A DNA stretch of 63,952 bases, counting the filler, from Thraustochytrium aureum (taxonomy: Eukaryota), in assembly GCA_012862495.1 (NCBI GenBank). It is 6 parts of 6 records of this genome, joined end to end, with 100 filler letters (N's around TTAATTAATTAA, not from the genome) between each part and the next. Parts side by side here need not be neighbours in the genome. Positions count along the whole stretch, not along the records: positions 49,585 to 60,124 come from BLSG01000073.1; positions 60,225 to 62,757 come from BLSG01000077.1; positions 62,858 to 63,952 come from BLSG01000080.1; 3 more parts are not named here. One strand, written 5' to 3'. A program made the translations under genes and the position numbers. Each line of letters opens with the position of its first letter. The stretch's first letter is position 1. Below the pieces are notes generated by a model, which worked only from the letters and a program-made list of their open reading frames with translations, was not told where the DNA came from and made no database searches. Below are positions 58,715 through 63,952 of this stretch, one piece after another.

Positions 58715-59256
58715 CAGAGCAACGACTCGGCGAGGGCACTTCTTGGGCTGCGGCGTTCTCGCGCCGAACGCGATGCAGCGCGCCGCCGGCAGAACGGCGC
58801 CGCGATGGCTGGGCCCGGAGCCGCGGGGAGTGCTTGTGCCTACTACTGTGTCGCCGCGATGGCGCTGCTGGGTGCCTCAAGAATGCGCAGGCAAGGCCGA
58901 GACCACGCGGCAAGTCGCTCTTGCAAGCCGCGCACCGCTGCGGCCCGGCCCGTTCAGCGGCAGGCTGACGGAGAGCTGGTACAGGCGCTCGAGTGCCTGG
59001 CTACGACGCTGGCTGATGAGTGAGGCATGGGCCACGAAAGCCGCTTCTCCTCAGCGGCTTCTGGCCATGCACCTGCCTTCGTTTGTTCGTTCCCCTGCAA
59101 GAAGTCCCCACCACGCAAGTCTTGTTCACAGCACGCCAAAGACGCATCGCGACCCCTCGAGCGACCGGCGCAGCGCGCGAGGCAGGCGTGGGCGGAGCAG
59201 GGTTGGCGTAGAGCCTAGGCGTACTGGAAGCCGTCGCTGGGAATGTGTCAAAGGCG

Positions 59257-60048
59257 ATGAACGCCCCAGGAGCAGGAACTACCGCGTCTCTGCTGGCTGC
59301 TCACGGCGCCGAGGCGGCATGGGCCGCTGCGGCGTGCACTGCAGCGCTTGTGGTTTCGCACACTGCGGCGTGCGTTTTTGTTGCGTACATGGACCTGCAC
59401 GGCGGCTGGGCGGCGCTCGCGCTGGAGAGGAAGCGGGCCGTGACATGGGCAACGTACGTGGACGGGCTGCAGTCGTTTTGGCGTGACATGGCGGTCATGT
59501 TTCTGCCGTTTATGTGGGTCGTCATGCTGTGGCGCGCCGAGGAGGTGCTCCAAAGCGAGGACGCCTGGTGGCTTGCACTGGCCAAAATGATGCTCGGCGT
59601 GCTGGCCGGCCACCTGTGGACTTATGTGGTGCACCTCGCATTGCACAGCCCCGTGCTTGCGCACCTCCACAAGAAGCACCACGCCTGCACGCGTGAGCTC
59701 GTGGCGTCCAAAGCCTGGGTGGACAGCTGGCAGGAGTTTGTGCTGATGGAGCTGCCGGGGATGGCCTTGACGCCGATCCTGTTCCCCACGCAAACGTGGG
59801 CCATCGCCTTGCAGCTTGCATGGTACGGCGTCGGCGCGGCGAGCGACCACTGCGGATTGCGCGCGCCCCCAGGTATCTTGGGGTGGTTTGTGGACGGCGA
59901 GTACCACTTTTACCACCACAAGCTCGGCGTTGTGAACTTTGCAGAGTTTGAGGTGCTTGACTTGATGATGGGCACGCACCACACCTGCAAGCTTGACCAC
60001 CCCGCCCTCGCGCACCTCCGGGACGGCGGCAAGGTCGCATCCGACTAG
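59257..60048 (+). CDS. Fatty acid hydroxylase / sterol desaturase superfamily protein
   Basis: His boxes HLALH, HKKHH, DHCG and HFYHH, plus TM helices. Confidence 0.85.
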   Translation: MNAPGAGTTASLLAAHGAEAAWAAAACTAALVVSHTAACVFVAYMDLHGGWAALALERKRAVTWATYVDGLQSFWRDMAVMFLPFMWVVMLWRAEEVLQSEDAWWLALAKMMLGVLAGHLWTYVVHLALHSPVLAHLHKKHHACTRELVASKAWVDSWQEFVLMELPGMALTPILFPTQTWAIALQLAWYGVGAASDHCGLRAPPGILGWFVDGEYHFYHHKLGVVNFAEFEVLDLMMGTHHTCKLDHPALAHLRDGGKVASD

Positions 60049-60124
60049 CTGACTCTCGCCAGCGTAGAGCCAGTAGAGAGCGAGCAACAAAGACCACGGT
60101 GCCCTGCTCTTCCACGCACTTGAC

Positions 60125-60224
60125 NNNNNNNNNNNNNNNNNNNNNNNNNNNNNNNNNNNNNNNNNNNNTTAATTAATTAANNNNNNNNNNNNNNNNNNNN
60201 NNNNNNNNNNNNNNNNNNNNNNNN
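60125..60224. other. Artificial contig spacer N44-TTAATTAATTAA-N44
   Basis: Same linker as at 22977. Confidence 0.95.
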
Positions 60225-62757
60225 AGCGAGGTCGTTCCGCACGACGTGGGCAGCCCGGGGGCGCGGGGCCCTGCCACTTGCGAGGCCAACTACATGGACA
60301 CCGACTTTCCGCTGCAGGGCCCGCACCAAGTCACCAACCAGATCCGCATCTTTGACGGTGGGCGAGCGCTCCTCCCCAAGCCCGACGCCGACAGCCAGGC
60401 TCCGGCCCAGACAAACAGCAACGGATCATGTCGCGTCGCAAGGGCGCGGACGGCAGGCGGCCCGTGAGTGCCATCTCCGAGGTCAAGGATGATGTCCAGA
60501 CGCTCCAAATGGCGGTCGCGCTTCTGCTCGCCCTGCTCGCCTACTTTGTGATTGGGAGCCTCGATGCGCGGAGCGGCGGCCACCTCTCTGGGCTTGGCGC
60601 CGCGGTGCGCGCGGTGCTAGGCTTCGGCAGTAGCGGGGAGGGCGGCGGCCGCGACCCCAAGCAGCTCGGCGCGCGCTCGTTGTCGCCGTCTGCTGGTGGC
60701 GCAGCGACGCGCGAGGTGGTGTTTGACCCGGCCACCAATTGCGAGCGCATCGGCGACCTCGTGGTCCAGCTCGACTCGGTCCTCGGGCGCGGCTGCCACG
60801 GAACGACCGTGCTCAAGGGCTCGCTGCGCGGTCGCCCTGTTGCTGTCAAGAAGGTGCTTTCGAGCCAGTTCAAGCTGGCGGAGAAGGAGATCGACCTGCT
60901 GATCCGCTCCGACGAGCACCCCAACATTGTGCGGTACTATCACACCGAGGTAACGCGCGACTTTATCTTTCTGGCGCTCGAGCTGTGCGATTCGACGCTG
61001 GAGGCTGCCGTGGAGCGCGTGCGCGACATCAACATGCAGCGCAAACAGGCAGCGAACAAGAGCGCGCGGAAAAACCTCCGCATTCCGGCCGGTGCGATCT
61101 GCTTTCTTCGCCAACTCGCAAGCGCCACAAACCACCTACACGGCCTTCGCATCGTGCATTGCGACATCAAGCCAGCCAATATTTTGGTGGTGTGCACCGA
61201 CCCGTCCGCGCCGCCGCTGTCCCCGCGCTCGCGTCCATCGACGCCTCCATCGCCTCGCGCGGCTACCAGGCCAGAGACGGGCGCGGCTGGCTCCGAAGGT
61301 GGTACCGCCGGCGGACCCGGGGCCCGGACCCCGGAACCGGAACCGGCGCGGAGGCCGCGCAAGCCGCCAAGCACGCTTCCGCGCAGGCTGCGAGCGCGGC
61401 GGCCGCGTCGTCGGACACGCTGTTGGTGGGCCTCGGTGACTTTTTCGAGCCCAAGCTGAGCGACATGGGCCTCGGGCGGAAGTTTACAGGGACGACGAGC
61501 TCGATTTACGGCGGAACGAGCATGCAGGGTTCCGGGACGATTGGCTGGCGGGCGCCCGAGCTGATGCGCGGCCTGACCACTTCGCAGAAGGGCAAAAATG
61601 TGAACGAGCACGACGTCGCGGTCCGTTTGGGCCGCAAGGTGGACGTCTTCTCGCTTGGGTGCGTGTTTTTTTANGTGATCACGGGCGGGCACCACCCGTT
61701 TGGCGACCACCTGGACCGCGAGCGCAACATCCTGAACGGCGAGCCGGTCAACCTGGACCGCATCAAGCACTACCCGTTGGCGCACAACCTGATCCAGAGC
61801 ATGATCGCGATGGACCCCGAAGCCCGCCCGTCAGTGCAAGAGTGCCTCGAGCACCCCCTGCTTTGGGAGGCTGCGCGAAAGCTCGAGTTTATCAAGCACG
61901 TCAGCGACCGCCTTGAGGCCGAGCGCGCAGCGGCTACGGACAAGCAGCCGCGGCCCATGAGTGCGCCCGAGACGGCCTTGCATGAGCGATTCGAGCAAGA
62001 CGCGGAGCGCGTAATTGGCCGCCAGGGCTGGCTGCAACGCCTTCATCCAACGCTCCGCGGAGACGTGGTCGACTCGAAAAGGCGCTATTACGCGACGCAC
62101 TCGCTGCGCGACCTTTTGCGCTATATTCGAAACCGGCTCTCGCACTTTCGCGAACTAGACGGCCCTGTGCGGGATCTGCTCTCGCCCGTGCCCGAGGGTT
62201 TTCTGGACCAGTTTCTGGGCAGCAACCGCTTCCCGCAGCTCCTCTTGGTCTGCTACGAGTTCGTTCTGGAGACGTGCGTGCACGAGCCCGAATTCCAAGA
62301 GCTTGTCGGGTCGACGATCGCAGAGCTTCGCGGCCCCGGCTCCGAGGCATGGCAGCGCGAGGCCGCCGAGCGCGAAGCGGAGGAGCGCGCCAAGGCCGAG
62401 GCGCTGCCGCTGCACCGGTCGCGGACTTTCGGCGAGCCCGGCTTGGCTGGGAGCTTGAGGGCCGAGGACGACGTGGCCGTCGAGGACGCCGTCGCTCGGT
62501 CGCGGTCCCTTCCTGCTGAGGCGGAAGGCTCGCTTTTGAAGCGCGGCAACTGCTCGAGCCCGCCGCGCGCAGTGCGCGTGCCGCCTGGGTTTGGCTCGCC
62601 CAGCGCAGCTGTGGCGCCGCGGATGCGCTCACGGTCTCCGGATGCAAGCCGGGATGGCAGCCCCTCGCCTGCTGGCCCAAGCTCGGACGCGACCCCTGAC
62701 GCGCTCAACTGGCGGGCGGCGCCCAAGGCGTTCGGGTCGCTGCAGGGCGAGCGCGAA
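60225..62757 (+). CDS. IRE1: IRE1 kinase/endoribonuclease; both ends truncated; frameshifts near 60430 and 61350
   Basis: TM helix, LGRGCHGTTVLKG..RPVAVK, SDEHPNIVRYY, KLSDMG, GTIGWRAPE, GGHHPFG and the KEN domain RDLLRYIRNRLSHFREL. Confidence 0.9.
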
Positions 62758-62857
62758 NNNNNNNNNNNNNNNNNNNNNNNNNNNNNNNNNNNNNNNNNNN
62801 NTTAATTAATTAANNNNNNNNNNNNNNNNNNNNNNNNNNNNNNNNNNNNNNNNNNNN
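62758..62857. other. Artificial contig spacer N44-TTAATTAATTAA-N44
   Basis: Same linker as at 22977. Confidence 0.95.
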
Positions 62858-63746
62858 ACCCGCTGCGCGCGCGAAGGACGCGCCGGGCGGGCCGGCGGGC
62901 TACAAGGCGCATGGGCTGACGAGGCCGTTTCACTGGCTCCAGATCGCCTCTTGGGTGGCCTTTGCGTTCCTCGCCACCTGCTTTTACCTCATCCTGGTCT
63001 GGCTCGTGTCGGGGTACGTGCGGTGGTCGGTGGGGCTGGTGCACGGCGCTCTCGCGCTGTGGACGCTGGTGCTCGCGTACCGGACGGCCAGCACCGACCC
63101 GCGCGACACGCGCGACTACAGCGACCCCGAGCCCGGCGAGCGGCTGAGCTACTGCCACATTTGCCGCCAAAAGGTGCGGCACGCGAGCAAGCACTGCCGC
63201 GTCTGTGGCAAGTGCGTTGACCGCTTTGACCACCACTGCATTTGGCTAAACAACTGCATCGGCGCGCACAACTACAGGTCCTTCCTGTGGCTGTTGGTCG
63301 CCGCCAGTCTAATGGTGCTTCTCGAGGCGCTGAGCGCGCTGAGCGCGCTCGTCCTCTATGCCAAAGGCGTGGCGCAGAGCGGCGAGCAGGTCGGGATCAC
63401 CGTGTTTGTCGGCTTGTACACCTTGGTATCGGTCTTTGCCTTCCTCGCTGTGGCAAACTTGCTGGTCTTCCACATCTACCTCGTGCGCAAGGACCAGACG
63501 ACGTACGACTACATCATCGAATCGATGCGCCGCAAGCGCGAGAACGACCTCGTCAAAGCGCGGTCCGTCCCCGTGGCGGGCGCAAGCCCGCACCGCCCTG
63601 CCTTGTGCTGCGGCGCAAGCGCGCCACAGCGCAACCAAGTTCGATCCGACGACCGGGAGGAGGTCTCCGGCCCCAGCGCGCCTCGTGCCGATTCCTCCCC
63701 GACGGCGAGCGAGCGGGTCAGCGAGCGCCAAATCCAGCTTGTCTAG
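62858..63746 (+). CDS. DHHC palmitoyltransferase (ZDHHC1/11-like); 5' truncated
   Basis: HGLTRPFHWLQ, YCHIC..SKHCRVCGKCVDRFDHHCIWLNNCIG..NY and TTYDYI. Confidence 0.93.
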
Positions 63747-63952
63747 GGTTGGCCCGGAGCGGCTCAAGGGCGGGGCAGGCGTTGCCAGGGCTGGCTCTAG
63801 CTCCAAGTGTGTTCGGGTAGTGTACTTATTAACTCCACAAGTTCAGCTTTCGTGAAGTCCCCGTTGTCGACTTGCTCGTGCCCCAAGCTACCCACTAAGC
63901 CACTGCTGCGCCTGTTGCGCCGACTGGCCTCGCCAGCAGAACGAAATTCACA

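Noticed and set aside
17..60048. Window-wide lipid or cAMP gene cluster (elongase, OYE, ABCA, hydroxylase; PDE with Popeye)
   Set aside because: Members are separated by artificial spacers and unrelated housekeeping genes.

Overview
GC-rich, gene-dense, nearly intron-free eukaryotic DNA from a draft assembly, most likely a thraustochytrid (Labyrinthulomycetes). The C20/PUFA elongase at 5420-6370 resembles, from memory and unverified, the Thraustochytrium aureum enzyme. About 24 protein genes can be read: MBL-fold/cNMP-binding phosphodiesterase, SDR with a CbiX-like tail, elongase, RING/Mind-bomb-repeat protein, OSCA/TMEM63-like channel, PH-RhoGAP, RABL3, ERLEC1/OS-9-like lectin, OYE oxidoreductase, two CASP-like/MARVEL paralogs, Popeye-domain protein, RIIa D/D microprotein, RRP1, BMS1, SAM protein, ABCA, GT2, dual-receiver protein, GNAT, ODA-DC1/CCDC151, F-box/Kelch, IQ-motif protein, fatty-acid hydroxylase, IRE1 and a DHHC enzyme. 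Two caveats apply. Five artificial 100-nt spacers (N44-TTAATTAATTAA-N44) join contigs, so adjacency across them is unproven. About 20 frameshifts break otherwise intact genes; those examined sit mostly in short homopolymer runs and are most likely sequencing errors. I found no CRISPR, rRNA, tRNA or intact transposon, and no multi-gene system can be proven. Best leads: the SDR-CbiX-like fusion, an unrecognised duplicated 'LGN-WPAAGW' domain, a divergent Popeye/RIIa pair, a receiver pair with complementary degeneration, a non-RD IRE1, a recurring ATCGATCG upstream motif and an AT-rich 33-bp hairpin.
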